From: an uncultured Bacilli bacterium
GTDB lineage: Bacteria; Bacillota_I; Bacilli_A; RF39; UBA660
Assembly: GCA_947595045.1 (NCBI GenBank)
Contig: CANQEN010000003.1
Location: forward strand, 1 to 46,499
Length of the DNA stretch: 46,499 nucleotides
Reading direction: 5' to 3'
Shown here: positions 17,898-29,004 of the stretch, one piece after another
Layout: every line of letters starts with the position of its first letter
Numbering within the stretch: position 1 is the stretch's first letter
Notes under the pieces: generated by a model
Told to the model about the DNA's origin: nothing
Database searches by the model: none
What the model saw: only the letters and a program-made list of their open reading frames with translations
Made by a program: the position numbers and the translations under genes

Positions 17898-18080
17898 ATG
17901 CACCTCTAATAGAGTATATGAAAAAAAGAGTATTAAATACTATTTTTTTCCATTTGGAATGATAAATATACTCTATTTTATTATTTTTGGATATATATTT
18001 CTTTTTTACTCTTTTTTTGATTTTTGTTATTTATACATTTTCAAGGTAAATTTATATTAATAATTAATTAGTATATTTAA

Positions 18081-18109
18081 TTGAAAATAATTATTATATT
18101 TGTTATAAT
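18081..18109 (+). promoter_or_regulatory. Sigma-A-type promoter
   Basis: TTGAAA-17 nt-TATAAT with extended TG. Confidence 0.6.
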
Positions 18110-18183
18110 ATTGAACGTTTTAGTTATTAGTGAAAAAGTTCAATAAGTCTAAACTTGAATAAAGAAGGGGAGGAATATTTATA

Positions 18184-19026
18184 ATGGAAAAAATTATTAA
18201 TCAAGTTAAAACAGGGTGGTCTAAAGATTTAATTATTCGTTTTTTATATGTAAAGTTAGCTCCTTATTTTGAAAGAGATTTATTATATTTTTTAGCTTCT
18301 GATGAAGAAAAAGAGAAAGAATTTAATAAGGGATTTGTCAATCGTTTTCCTAAAATTGTATGTGCTACCTTAGCTGATTTTTATGTATCTTTATTTAAAC
18401 AGTTTGGTATTAATGCTCATAAAATAATAGCAAATAGCGCTAAAATCCCTCTTTTTGCTATTATTGTAGAAGGTGATAGTGGTTGGTATTTTTTAGACCC
18501 TATAAATGATTTGTTTTATAACCAATATGGTCTTAAAGCTACTTCATTTGGTATGATCCCACATTATCGCACTATTCACAATAATTATCCATATTTAATT
18601 AAACTATCTAAAGAATATATAAATGAATTAGATACTACTTTACATTTCAGTTATTTGAATCCTTATTTTGATAAGATACATCAACAACTTACTCAAAGGA
18701 CAAGAGCTAATAAATTTTTTGGTCTCTCTCCAACTTTAAATAGCGATTTAAAATTTAAAAAATTAAAGCTTTGTAATGATAAATTAATTAATTTAGGTCA
18801 TGTAAATGGCTTATTTGAACGAGCTCTATTATATAGATACTTGCAGAATAAAATTTTTAATCATAGTGAGAAGAGACATATCTATATTAGAATAAAAGAT
18901 AAGTCTTTTATTACAGTTGAAGTTGAAAATAATGACGAACATGTATTATATAAGGAAGAAAAACAAAATGATCAATATGTTTTAAGTAAAAAATTAGTAT
19001 GGCATGATAGTAATGATGAATTTTAA
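18184..19026 (+). CDS. Hypothetical protein with transglutaminase-like core
   Basis: IVCATLADFY..LFKQFGINA...IIVEGDSGWYFLDP pattern; GGAGG RBS. Confidence 0.5.
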   Translation: MEKIINQVKTGWSKDLIIRFLYVKLAPYFERDLLYFLASDEEKEKEFNKGFVNRFPKIVCATLADFYVSLFKQFGINAHKIIANSAKIPLFAIIVEGDSGWYFLDPINDLFYNQYGLKATSFGMIPHYRTIHNNYPYLIKLSKEYINELDTTLHFSYLNPYFDKIHQQLTQRTRANKFFGLSPTLNSDLKFKKLKLCNDKLINLGHVNGLFERALLYRYLQNKIFNHSEKRHIYIRIKDKSFITVEVENNDEHVLYKEEKQNDQYVLSKKLVWHDSNDEF

Positions 19027-19029
19027 TAT

Positions 19030-19056
19030 ACTCATTTATTAATATGAGTTTTTTTT
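19030..19056 (+). terminator. Intrinsic terminator
   Basis: actcat...atgagt followed by T8 directly after the stop. Confidence 0.55.
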
Positions 19057-19211
19057 AACTATTTAAAATTTTATTGTATTGGTTTCCTCAGCTATTAACT
19101 AAATAATCTCTACATACACTTTAATGGAATAACATATTTCTAATTACTGTTTTGAGATGATATATTATACGAAAAATAGGATAATGATGTTGGTATTTTC
19201 ATGTCAATTTT

Positions 19212-19362
19212 TCAGCTTTTGATAGTAATTTAAGTATTAGCAATAAAGCAGAAATAACTGGTGAATGAAATGTTATTATTACAAATATTGAAGCTATTGA
19301 TGTATCAGGAAGTTTTGAAACTACAAATAATAGTGCTAATTTCACGGCTAGTTTAAATAAGC
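19212..19362 (+). pseudogene. Remnant of a secreted protein with a TasA/SipW-type-like N-terminus
   Basis: Own translation SAFDSNLSISNKAEITGE*NVIITNIEAIDVSGSFETTNNSANFTASLNK, with TGA at 19266-19268 where a Trp is plausible; surrounding frames broken. Confidence 0.4.
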
Positions 19363-20107
19363 TTATATCATGATTTTATATTTATAACAATGCTGATATT
19401 AATTATTAAGAATGGCAACTAAAAATAGTAGATTCCTAATATATTAAGTTTGTTGATTCTTTTAAAGGTGTTAAGAAAAATAATATATGATATTTAAGTA
19501 ATGATGGTTGGAATAGTGTAATAAAAAATAGTTATGTAAAAATTAGTATTTAATTTAATGTTATTAATAATATAAATCAAAAAGAATATGCTGAATCTTT
19601 TATAAATAATAATATAGCCTATGTAACTATAAATAATTCTGATACTCTTATTAGAGAAGATACCTCTAATTATATCAATTTACTAATGTTATTTTTATTG
19701 TAATTATATTTATGTTAATTTTGATAGGATATAAATGAAAGAAACAAACAAAGTTTATTAATAGTATTTTAAATGAATATAAAAAAATCATAATTAAAAC
19801 TTTAAATGAACCAGCTTTAGATAATTCCTTTATTTTACATGTTAATAGTTTGGATGATTTAATTTTAATTGCTGTACAACGTATAATTTGAGTTTTATTT
19901 TATTATAACTATCTAAAACTATTGTAAAAACTAGAAAATATGATATTCTATTATTAAGATAAGTAAGATGATATATAATAATTAAGCAAGAATAAAAATA
20001 ATGATTGTAAAAATATTTATTATTAAGAATGATATTTAATAAAACGGTAAATGTTATATAATAAATTATGTTAATCTTTATTATATTGAAGTACGTAGGT
20101 GAAAATT

Positions 20108-21325
20108 ATGACAAGAAAATTAGATAGAAATATATTAATTGCAATAAATGCAATGCAAAAAATAATGATAATATTTTTAGGACCTTTTTTAACAACATAT
20201 TTTATAAAAACTTCACAAGAAAGTATTATTGATTTATCTCTATATTATATTTTTTCTTATATATTACTTGCTTTTGGTAGTCTTGTAATTGCAGGTATTG
20301 TAAAAAATAAATTTAGATTAGGAATGTTTAGAATTGGTGTAATATTAAATTATATATATATATTCACTATTATTATTTTAAAAGAAGAAATTGTAAATCA
20401 TTTAACTCTAATATCAATTTTATATGGGATATCTGCTAGTACGTATTGTTTTCCCTATAATTTATTTATTATTAATAAGATTGATAATAATGATAGAATA
20501 GATTATACTGTTAAATCAAAAATAGTTTCATCTATTATTGGAGTATTATGCCCCATATTATTAGGTTCAATAATAACAGCAACTAATTATGAATTAACAG
20601 CAATAATCATTTTATTTATAACATTTATTCAAATACTTCTGTCATTTATTTTAACACCTGAAAGTGAAAATCATTTGTCTAGATTTAATTTAAAAGAAAC
20701 ATGGAATAGATTAAAAGATAATGAACAAATAAGAAAAATATCAATCGTAGAATTTTTTATAGGTATGAATGTAAGTGATGGTGCTTTAGAAGTATTAATG
20801 ACTATATTAATATTTAATTCATTTAAAACTAACTTAAATCTTGGTATCATAACTTCAATAACAACTATATTATCTATAATACTTGTCCATATATATGGAC
20901 AAGTATATAAAAATAAAAATGATAAAAATATCATTATTGTCTCTAGTATTGTTCCTATTCTTTCACTATTAATCCTTTTAATATATAAAAGTAATTTTAC
21001 CATTATTATTTATAATATTTGTTATGTGATTTTTACTTCATTACTCACTGTAACAAGAGAAGTAAGATTATTTAATTTATCGGACAGTTACATTGTAGAT
21101 AAAAATAATCAAAGTGAATTTTTTGCAATAAGAGAATGTATTTTAAATAGTGGTAGAATTGTAAGTTATATAATGCTTTTACTAGCAGGACTAAGTAGAA
21201 GTCAATTAATTTTAAATATAGTTATGATAATATTAACAGTATCAATATTAATAATGGGTTTAAATATAAGAAAAATAGAAAAGTTTGAAAATCATAATAA
21301 ATTGAAAATGAATAATGATGCTTGA
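20108..21325 (+). CDS. MFS-type transporter (about 12 TM)
   Basis: Two-halved polytopic hydrophobic pattern; EFFAIRE..LNSGRI late motif; AGGTGA RBS before ATG 20108. Confidence 0.75.
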   Translation: MTRKLDRNILIAINAMQKIMIIFLGPFLTTYFIKTSQESIIDLSLYYIFSYILLAFGSLVIAGIVKNKFRLGMFRIGVILNYIYIFTIIILKEEIVNHLTLISILYGISASTYCFPYNLFIINKIDNNDRIDYTVKSKIVSSIIGVLCPILLGSIITATNYELTAIIILFITFIQILLSFILTPESENHLSRFNLKETWNRLKDNEQIRKISIVEFFIGMNVSDGALEVLMTILIFNSFKTNLNLGIITSITTILSIILVHIYGQVYKNKNDKNIIIVSSIVPILSLLILLIYKSNFTIIIYNICYVIFTSLLTVTREVRLFNLSDSYIVDKNNQSEFFAIRECILNSGRIVSYIMLLLAGLSRSQLILNIVMIILTVSILIMGLNIRKIEKFENHNKLKMNNDA

Positions 21326-21596
21326 TTGTTAATATTTCAAGTAATAAAAATAATTTTTATTTAAGGTGATTTAAGATCGGAAAAATTAGGAAAAAAATGT
21401 TATATTATTAATTACTAGTGATTTAATTTATACATTAACAGCATTATTCACAGTTACTTATTTGTTAAAATAACCAATTAAAACCTTTCTCAAGTATTAA
21501 CTTATTATATGATTATAAATGTAATATATGAGATCCAATTCATAGTAATAGATAGATTTATTAAAGATAAAAATATAGTAAAACTAAAATATTAAA

Positions 21597-21643
21597 TAAA
21601 AAGCAACTATAATAGTCTAATTTTGACTACTATGGTTGCTTTT
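21597..21643. terminator. Bidirectional terminator between convergent genes
   Basis: aaaagcaactataatagtc...gactactatggttgctttt. Confidence 0.65.
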
Positions 21644-22647
21644 TATAATATTCCTTTTTTTAAGAATTTTTTTTGAACATCTGAGGGTAATAAACAACTA
21701 TCTTTATCCATTTCGTAATAAGCTTGTACTAAATTATCGTATCCACCTTGATAATTCATGAGTTTCCTTTGTAATCCTAATAAAGCATTTACTTCTTCAT
21801 CGGTATAGTTGTCATAGCACACACTAATTAAATTATCCAATAAAGATATATCACCAATTTTCAGTATTTGTCTTAATTGTTCTATCTTTTTAAACATATC
21901 AGGATCTAGTTGTTGCATTAATATTCCTCTTTTAATAGAGTCCTCTTTACAATTATTATTACCAAGCTTAGGAATGAATTCATTCCTAAATGATAATATT
22001 TTATCATGCTCTTGCTCTTCCATATATACATGCAAATCGTCTTTATTAGAATAATGGGATAGAACAGCATATTTTCTATAAGAGTATTTATTTCCATCTT
22101 GGTCATATTTACTTCTTTTAAAATCATGCTTAAAGAAAGTACCTTCTAAAGTTATAGGCCTTATATCAATTATTTCTGTACTATCTTTAGTTATAATTTG
22201 AAGATCAAATATACTATTACTATTATGTATAATTAAAATTATGTTTCCTTTTTCAGGTAGATTATAACATATTAAAGGGTGACAAGTACAATGAATGCTA
22301 TATTGTGAGTCTATTGAGTTATTTATAATAAATCGACCAGATAGAGTATTTGTATTGTTTACAAAGTTAATGCTACTATTCCAGACAGCAGTTATAGTGC
22401 CATCTGTGTCATCTACACAGCGATTTATTTTAACTATATCACAATTAGCATTTAATATATTATCATTATAGTTAGCAACCATATTAACTTGTCCATTATT
22501 AAAATATAAATGACCAACCTGATTTTTCTTTTGATCAAATATTTTTATAGTTGAGAATTCATTAATATCATTAACATTTTCCAAAATAAAGCCGAAAGTA
22601 TTTAAAAATATTCTAGCACTATATAAAGTTAGATTGTTATAGTTCAT
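21643..22647 (-). CDS. Hypothetical protein (paralog of 24332-25420)
   Basis: 334 aa; own promoter TTTACT-17-TATAAT on the minus strand; shares N- and C-terminal blocks with the 362-aa ORF. Confidence 0.75.
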   Translation of the reverse strand: MNYNNLTLYSARIFLNTFGFILENVNDINEFSTIKIFDQKKNQVGHLYFNNGQVNMVANYNDNILNANCDIVKINRCVDDTDGTITAVWNSSINFVNNTNTLSGRFIINNSIDSQYSIHCTCHPLICYNLPEKGNIILIIHNSNSIFDLQIITKDSTEIIDIRPITLEGTFFKHDFKRSKYDQDGNKYSYRKYAVLSHYSNKDDLHVYMEEQEHDKILSFRNEFIPKLGNNNCKEDSIKRGILMQQLDPDMFKKIEQLRQILKIGDISLLDNLISVCYDNYTDEEVNALLGLQRKLMNYQGGYDNLVQAYYEMDKDSCLLPSDVQKKFLKKGIL

Positions 22648-22750
22648 TATAAATTACGCTTCCTTTCTTTAGCTATTTATTATAACAAAATTTTTAATTA
22701 AAGTAAATTGTCATTTAAAATGAACATAACGGAATTTAATTTCACTTACC

Positions 22751-24313
22751 TGAAAAAGTAAATGCGACCTTTTTTATTCAATAGTTACATTTAAATCTTC
22801 AAATATAGAAATTGCATTTAATTGACAAAAATTGTACTACTATTTCACGTGAAATTAAAAATCATTACATTACTAAACATTATGGGGCTATTGGTAGAAA
22901 TTTTAATAATTGTATTTTTAGAAATTTTTGCTCTAATAGAGGTAAAAACTGTAAATTAAATCATTGTTCTGAATTTGAAGAAGAAAAAGTCCTTTATTAA
23001 ATAAACCACCTTATGTTTGTAATGATTGTAAAAGAAAAAGTTCTTGTACTATAACTAAGCATTTCTATGATGCAGTTTATTCTAATAATGAATATTTATC
23101 AAATTTATCTGAAGCAAGATCTGGAGTCATGATTTATCAAAATGAACTTGATAATTTAAACAATATTCTTACTCCTTTGATTTGTAAATAAAATCAATCT
23201 ATACACCAAGCAATCATTAATAATAAAAACAAAATTATGTATAGTGATAAAACTATATATAAATATATTGATTTAGGTTTATTAAATGTTAGAAATATTG
23301 ATTTGCCTAGAAAAGTTAGATTTAGAAAAAGGGTCAAAAAAACAACCGTTTATAAGATAGATAAACAATGTTTAGAAAATAGAACTTATGAAGATTTTTT
23401 AAATTATATTTTAAAACATCCAGACACTCCTATAGTAGAAATGGATTCAGTTGAAGGTTTAAAAGGTGGAAAAGTTCTTCTCACAATTCATTTCGTAAAT
23501 TGTTCTTTTATGCTTGCTTTTATAAGAGAACATAATGATGCCCAGTCAGTTATTGATATATTTAATAATTTACAAAAAATACTAGGAATAGATAAATTTA
23601 AAGAATTATTTATAGTTATTTTAACTGATAATGGTAGTGAATTTTCTAATCCAAAAGAAATAGAATTTGATATGATTACAGGTGAACAAAGAACAAAAAT
23701 CTGTTATTTTATGGCCATCCTTCAAGTCCATTTGAAAAAGGTTCTTATGAAGTTAATAACGAACTTCTAAGAAGGGTACTTCCTAAGGGTACTTCTTTTG
23801 ATAAGTTAACACAAAATGATATTAATATTATAATGTCTCATATTAATTCTTATAAAAGAAAAAAGCTAAACAACGTATCCCCATATACAATGTTTAGCAC
23901 AATCTATGATATCTTTACCATAGATAAATTAGGTATTCAGAAAATTGAACCTAAAATGTTAGTTTATCCCAATCAATACTAAAAAATAAACTAATAATTA
24001 ATATAAGCACCATCAATTTTCATAAATCAAATAAAGGCTGCGTTTTGAATTCCAAAAAAAAGTCCCAAAATTCAGCCTCTTTTAAGCATGATTTAATAAA
24101 ATAATTGGTTGCTTAATTGTAAATTAACATAAAATTATAGAAAATTCTAATATTCACAAGGAAAAATCAAGAGCGAACGATAGTGAGTTTATCTAGACCC
24201 TTGATTTTTTATTTTAAGTATAATAGTATAACAAACAAGTATTTTCCTTGTTTGTTATTAATTTATCAACTTGATATTGCATTTAACCTTTCAAAGTTGC
24301 ATTTACCTTTTCA
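22751..24313 (+). mobile_element. Degenerate IS30-family insertion sequence
   Basis: TTISREIK HTH, Cys-rich insert, EMDSVEG and LTDNGSEF catalytic motifs with stops/frameshifts; imperfect terminal IRs tgaaaaagtaaatgcgacct (22751-22770) and aagttgcatttaccttttca (24294-24313), 17/20 match. Confidence 0.88.
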
Positions 24314-24331
24314 TTTGAACACTTTTATACT

Positions 24332-25420
24332 TTATTTTTTAATAACCTTTTGAAAATATTCTTTTTGCGTATCTGATAATGCAAAAAACTTGTTTTTATC
24401 CATTTCATAATAGGCCTGTATTAAATTATCATAATCACCTTGATAGTTCATTCGTTTTCTTTGTATTCCTAATAATGCTTTTACTTCTTCATCGGTATAT
24501 CCGTCATAGCATATACTGATGAAATTATCTAATAGTGATACATTGTCAATTGTTAATATTTGTCTTAGTTGTTCTATACTTGTAAACATTTCAGGATCAA
24601 GCTGTTGCATCAACATACTTCCCTGAATAAATGGTTTTGTAGAATTATTTTTAGGAATATACTCATTCTTATATGATAATGTATTATTCTTTTCTTTTTC
24701 TTGGACACATACACGTAAACCATCCTGATCTTCTTTTTGGTTATGACAAATAGTGGTAAATTTTTTATAAGGATATTCGTAAAAAAAGTTTATAGTTCTA
24801 ATGTCTTTATCTTCTTCTTGATTTAAATCATATTTACTTTTTACAAGAATGTGATGAAAAATTAAATCACCAGAATAAGAATTAGAATAAGGTTTTATTA
24901 TAATTAATTCTTGAGATTCTTTTTTTAGAATTTGAAGATCAAGTCGAAGATTAGACAAAGGAACATTGCTGTAAAAATTTAAGATAATATCTATTTTATC
25001 AGCTATATGATATTTTATTCTAGGTTTACATTCGCAATAGATAATCTTATTGTCAGTATCAATTAAATTACCAATAATAAATTGTCCAGATAAATTATTT
25101 TGACTATTACTTTCCATTTCAAAATTGATTTGACTTATCCATTTAGTAGCTACTTTTATTTCATTAGGGCAAACTATATTGCAAAAGGCTTTAAGCATAG
25201 TATGATTGGCAACTAGTTTATTATTATTGCGATTAACAACTATATTAGCTTGACTATTATCAAAATACAGATAACCAACTTCTTTTTTATCTTGATCAAA
25301 TATTTTTATATTTGATGATTCATGAATATCATTATTGTTATCTAAAATGAGCCCAAATGCATTTAAAAATATTCTAAAACTACATATATTCTGTTTTAAA
25401 GTTAAATTTTTATCTTCCAT
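24332..25420 (-). CDS. Hypothetical protein (paralog of 21643-22647)
   Basis: 362 aa; GGAG RBS; RIFLNAFG and MQQLDP...YTDEEV.ALLG...QAYYEMDK shared with the paralog. Confidence 0.75.
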   Translation of the reverse strand: MEDKNLTLKQNICSFRIFLNAFGLILDNNNDIHESSNIKIFDQDKKEVGYLYFDNSQANIVVNRNNNKLVANHTMLKAFCNIVCPNEIKVATKWISQINFEMESNSQNNLSGQFIIGNLIDTDNKIIYCECKPRIKYHIADKIDIILNFYSNVPLSNLRLDLQILKKESQELIIIKPYSNSYSGDLIFHHILVKSKYDLNQEEDKDIRTINFFYEYPYKKFTTICHNQKEDQDGLRVCVQEKEKNNTLSYKNEYIPKNNSTKPFIQGSMLMQQLDPEMFTSIEQLRQILTIDNVSLLDNFISICYDGYTDEEVKALLGIQRKRMNYQGDYDNLIQAYYEMDKNKFFALSDTQKEYFQKVIKK

Positions 25421-25448
25421 TACGACATCTCCACTTTTTTGACGAATA

Positions 25449-26114
25449 TTATACTATAATTTTTATTTTAAGTAAAGATTTAAAATTAACATAGTTAAAT
25501 CCCAAATTTTTATATATATCTGATGCTCTAGGTAAATTTAGTAAACGGGCAATTAATAAGTTATATATTTCATCAATAAAAATAATGGTAAATAGTGTGA
25601 TACATATTATAAAAAAGATATTACTATTTATTTTTTGAGCTAGGCAGTAGCACATTGGTACTATAAGATAGATTAATAATAATCCAGATAATCCAAAAAA
25701 GAGAACACTTCTTAAACAGATAAAGCCATTGATATTTCCAAAATTTAATATTTCTTGGTTATAATCCCAACATCTAAAGCCATTACCCAATTTATACATA
25801 CCAAAACCAGCTATATATTCTAATAGACCACAAATAATTAGACTTAAGAGAAATACTTTTAGTGGTTTTTTCCTATAACGATAAGTTAAAAAGTAGATAC
25901 CTATTGCACCATAAGCATAAATATTAATCCAAGGTAGAAAGTTACCTCCACGCCAAAATAATTTTTGCATACCACTATTAAAATAATAAAAAATAAATTC
26001 ATATATAAAACCAAATATACCAGCTATAGCTATTATTAAACATAAAATACTAATTTTAGTTTTAAGATTAAATTTAGGATTTTGATTAATATAATTATTA
26101 TAATACGCTTTCAT
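25449..26114 (-). CDS. Putative ABC transporter permease (CmpB/DUF1113-like membrane protein)
   Basis: GFIYE...RGG.FLPW.NIY..G...LEY..G...WDY...N.NGFICL signature. Confidence 0.8.
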   Translation of the reverse strand: MKAYYNNYINQNPKFNLKTKISILCLIIAIAGIFGFIYEFIFYYFNSGMQKLFWRGGNFLPWINIYAYGAIGIYFLTYRYRKKPLKVFLLSLIICGLLEYIAGFGMYKLGNGFRCWDYNQEILNFGNINGFICLRSVLFFGLSGLLLIYLIVPMCYCLAQKINSNIFFIICITLFTIIFIDEIYNLLIARLLNLPRASDIYKNLGFNYVNFKSLLKIKIIV

Positions 26115-26208
26115 ATTTATAAATCCTTTCTTAAAATAAGTATATCATGATTATTATTTTTAATAAATAATTATATTCGTGGTATAATTAAGATAAGGTG
26201 GTGATAAG

Positions 26209-26961
26209 GTGAAAGCATTAGTAACAGGAGCTTCATCAGGGATTGGAGCTGATATTGCTCAAGTATTAGGTGATATGGGCTATGATTTAATTTTAGTAGC
26301 TAGAAGGAAAACTAGGTTAGAGCAAATTAAACGCAAGATAAATACTAATGTAGATATTATTGTATTGGATTTATCTAGTACTTTTAATTGTATGAAATTA
26401 TATGAACAAGTTAAAAATGAAGATATTGATATAGTTATTAATAATGCTGGTTTTGGTGTAGCCGGTGAATTTGTAGAAACTAGTTTAGATAAAGAGTTAG
26501 ATATGATTGATTTAAATGTTAAGGCTGTTCATACTTTGACTAAGTTATTTTTAAATGATTTTAGGAATCGCAATAGGGGATATATATTAAATGTATCTAG
26601 TAGTTCAGCTTTTCAACCAGGGCCACTAATGGCTAGTTATTATGCCACTAAAGTATATGTGTTTAATTTAACGATGGCTATTTATGAAGAATTAAGAAGA
26701 GAGAGTAGTAGAGTTTATGTAGGCTGTTTGTGTCCAGGACCAGTTGATACGGAGTTTAATAAAGTAGCAAAAGTAGATTTTAGTTTAAGAGAATTAAATA
26801 GTTATGAAGTAGCTAAGTATGCTGTTAAAAAGATGTTTAAACGTAAGTTAGTTATTATTCCTGGTAAACAGATGAAATTAGTATATTTTGCCTCTAAATT
26901 GATTCCCCGTAAATTAAAGCTTATGATTACGTATAATATTCAACGGAGTAAACAGCGATGA
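26209..26961 (+). CDS. Short-chain dehydrogenase/reductase
   Basis: TGASSGIG, NNAG, YYATK (YxxxK), CPGPVDT. Confidence 0.93.
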   Translation: MKALVTGASSGIGADIAQVLGDMGYDLILVARRKTRLEQIKRKINTNVDIIVLDLSSTFNCMKLYEQVKNEDIDIVINNAGFGVAGEFVETSLDKELDMIDLNVKAVHTLTKLFLNDFRNRNRGYILNVSSSSAFQPGPLMASYYATKVYVFNLTMAIYEELRRESSRVYVGCLCPGPVDTEFNKVAKVDFSLRELNSYEVAKYAVKKMFKRKLVIIPGKQMKLVYFASKLIPRKLKLMITYNIQRSKQR

Positions 26962-28154
26962 GAAAATATATAATTATACTAATATTGTGTTTGGTATTAT
27001 TACCTATTAAAATATTAGCTATTGATTTATATTCTAATAATGCCGTTTTATATAACTTAGATACCGATGAAATACTATTAGATAAAAATAAAGATGAGCA
27101 AGTATCCATTGCGTCTATGACTAAAATTATGACAGCTTTAGTAGTACTTGAAAATATTGAAAACTTAGATGATAAAGTAATTATACCAGCTGAAGCTTTT
27201 GATAGATTGGTTGAAGAAAATGCTTATCAAGCGGGATTTAAAGTAGGGGATATAGTTACTTATCGTGATTTATTATATGCTCTTATGATGGTGAGTGGAG
27301 CTGATGCAGCTCAAACTTTAGCTATAGAGATAGGGAAAAATATTCCTAATTTTGTTATAATGATGAATAAAAAAGGTAAAGATATAGGATTAAAAAATAC
27401 TAGTTTTGCTAATCCTATTGGTTTAGATGATCCTAATAATTATTCAACTGTTAATGATGTAGCTAAATTACTAAAATATGCTCTTGATAATAAAACTTTT
27501 TATCAGATTTTTACAGCTACCAGTTATACTACCAGTAATAAAGCATTAAAATTTACTAATTCTATGGATAGCTATAAACAGTATTATAATATTGATACTA
27601 GTTTTATTGATGGGGCTAAAACAGGTTATACTTATGATGCTGGTTTTTGTTTAGCTAGTATATCTTTTACTGATAAAGAAAAGTTATTATTAGTAACAGC
27701 TAAAGCTCCGTATGAACAAAAAATACCATATCATATATATGATGCTGTTAATGTATATACTTATTATACAACCAATTATATTTATAAAGATGTATTAAAT
27801 AAAGATGAAGTTATAAAGACTATACCAGTAAAAGGTTTAGCTAATAAAAAGGAAGTTAAGATAAAAGTAGATGAGGCTTTATATCAATATTTACCAAAAG
27901 ATGCTAATATTAGGTATGAATATGATGGTGTAGATTATATTAATGCTAGTTATCATAAAGGCGACCCATTAGGACATTATACGGTTTATTTAGATAATCG
28001 TATACTATACCAAGCTGAGCTAAAATTAGATGATAAAATTATTTTTTATTATAACTATATTATAGGTGGGTTGGTAGGATTAGTAATATTATTTATAACA
28101 TTATTTATTATTAGGCGACATCGACATATTTTTCATTCACAAAATGTTAAATAA
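26958..28154 (+). CDS. D-alanyl-D-alanine carboxypeptidase (peptidase S11) with C-terminal membrane anchor
   Basis: Signal peptide, IASMTK, SGAD (SxN variant), KTGYT, C-terminal TM plus basic tail. Confidence 0.88.
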   Translation: MRKYIIILILCLVLLPIKILAIDLYSNNAVLYNLDTDEILLDKNKDEQVSIASMTKIMTALVVLENIENLDDKVIIPAEAFDRLVEENAYQAGFKVGDIVTYRDLLYALMMVSGADAAQTLAIEIGKNIPNFVIMMNKKGKDIGLKNTSFANPIGLDDPNNYSTVNDVAKLLKYALDNKTFYQIFTATSYTTSNKALKFTNSMDSYKQYYNIDTSFIDGAKTGYTYDAGFCLASISFTDKEKLLLVTAKAPYEQKIPYHIYDAVNVYTYYTTNYIYKDVLNKDEVIKTIPVKGLANKKEVKIKVDEALYQYLPKDANIRYEYDGVDYINASYHKGDPLGHYTVYLDNRILYQAELKLDDKIIFYYNYIIGGLVGLVILFITLFIIRRHRHIFHSQNVK

Positions 28155-28701
28155 AATAAGATTGAAATATTAGATAAAGTATTAGATTATAATTAAAAAA
28201 TTCAAATAATTAGAAATTATTAATGAGCCCTTTGAAAGTTAATATAAATATGAAAATGATGTAATTTCAACTCTTATCATAATATCTGGTTAAAATCCAA
28301 TATATAATTTTAGATTGTAATATTTTCAATGCTAATTTGAAAAATGAAAATTATTAAGAAGACGCAATTGCAGTTAAAGATGGTAAAAAATAGTAATGAG
28401 TACAGCTAATAAATAAATATGATTTTAACATGAGTAAAGATATGATTAAAGAATCAAATGAATGCAAAAATTATATAGTCAAGAATTTAATAGTGGCTTG
28501 TATAGTGTGATATATGAATATATGTTTTATATAATATAATTGGATACATTTTAAATATATCAGATGTTTTCTCTTCCCTAATAAAATACACTTTTGATAA
28601 ATTGTACTAAAAAAGGCGATGATATTATTATGACTAAAAGAGAAAGTTCTCAATTTGTTGTTATAATTACTTCTACTTGCTATAATATTTATATAATAGT
28701 T

Positions 28702-28755
28702 AAATAAAAAAGGATACATTTGCTTTGCGACAATCAAATGTATCCTTTTTTATTT
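28702..28755. repeat. Perfect 21-bp inverted repeat, 12-nt loop
   Basis: aaataaaaaaggatacatttg (28702-28722) / caaatgtatccttttttattt (28735-28755). Confidence 0.85.
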
Positions 28756-29004
28756 TATACAATTTTTCTTGCTAAATACATATTATAATAAAATTGATAT
28801 TTATGCAAATTTTATATAGGATAAACAGGATAATCTCATGCGTTCATCATAATAATTAAAATTGTTGCCTATATGAAAATATATTTTAACTAGAAATTTA
28901 ATAGTATATTTGATATAATACGTCTTAAATAAATTAAATCTCATTATAACAAAAGAGGATTAATTTATTTTGAATGAATAATAATAATGGACTGGAGTGA
29001 AAAA

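Noticed and set aside
19266-19268. TGA as Trp (genetic code 4)
   Set aside because: Intact genes use TGG for Trp, and TGA ends several genes (4282, 4511, 11557, 13665, 26961); this TGA lies in a decayed remnant.
15445-24313. Composite transposon bounded by the two IS remnants
   Set aside because: Different families (IS3 vs IS30), both inactive, no shared ends or target duplication seen.
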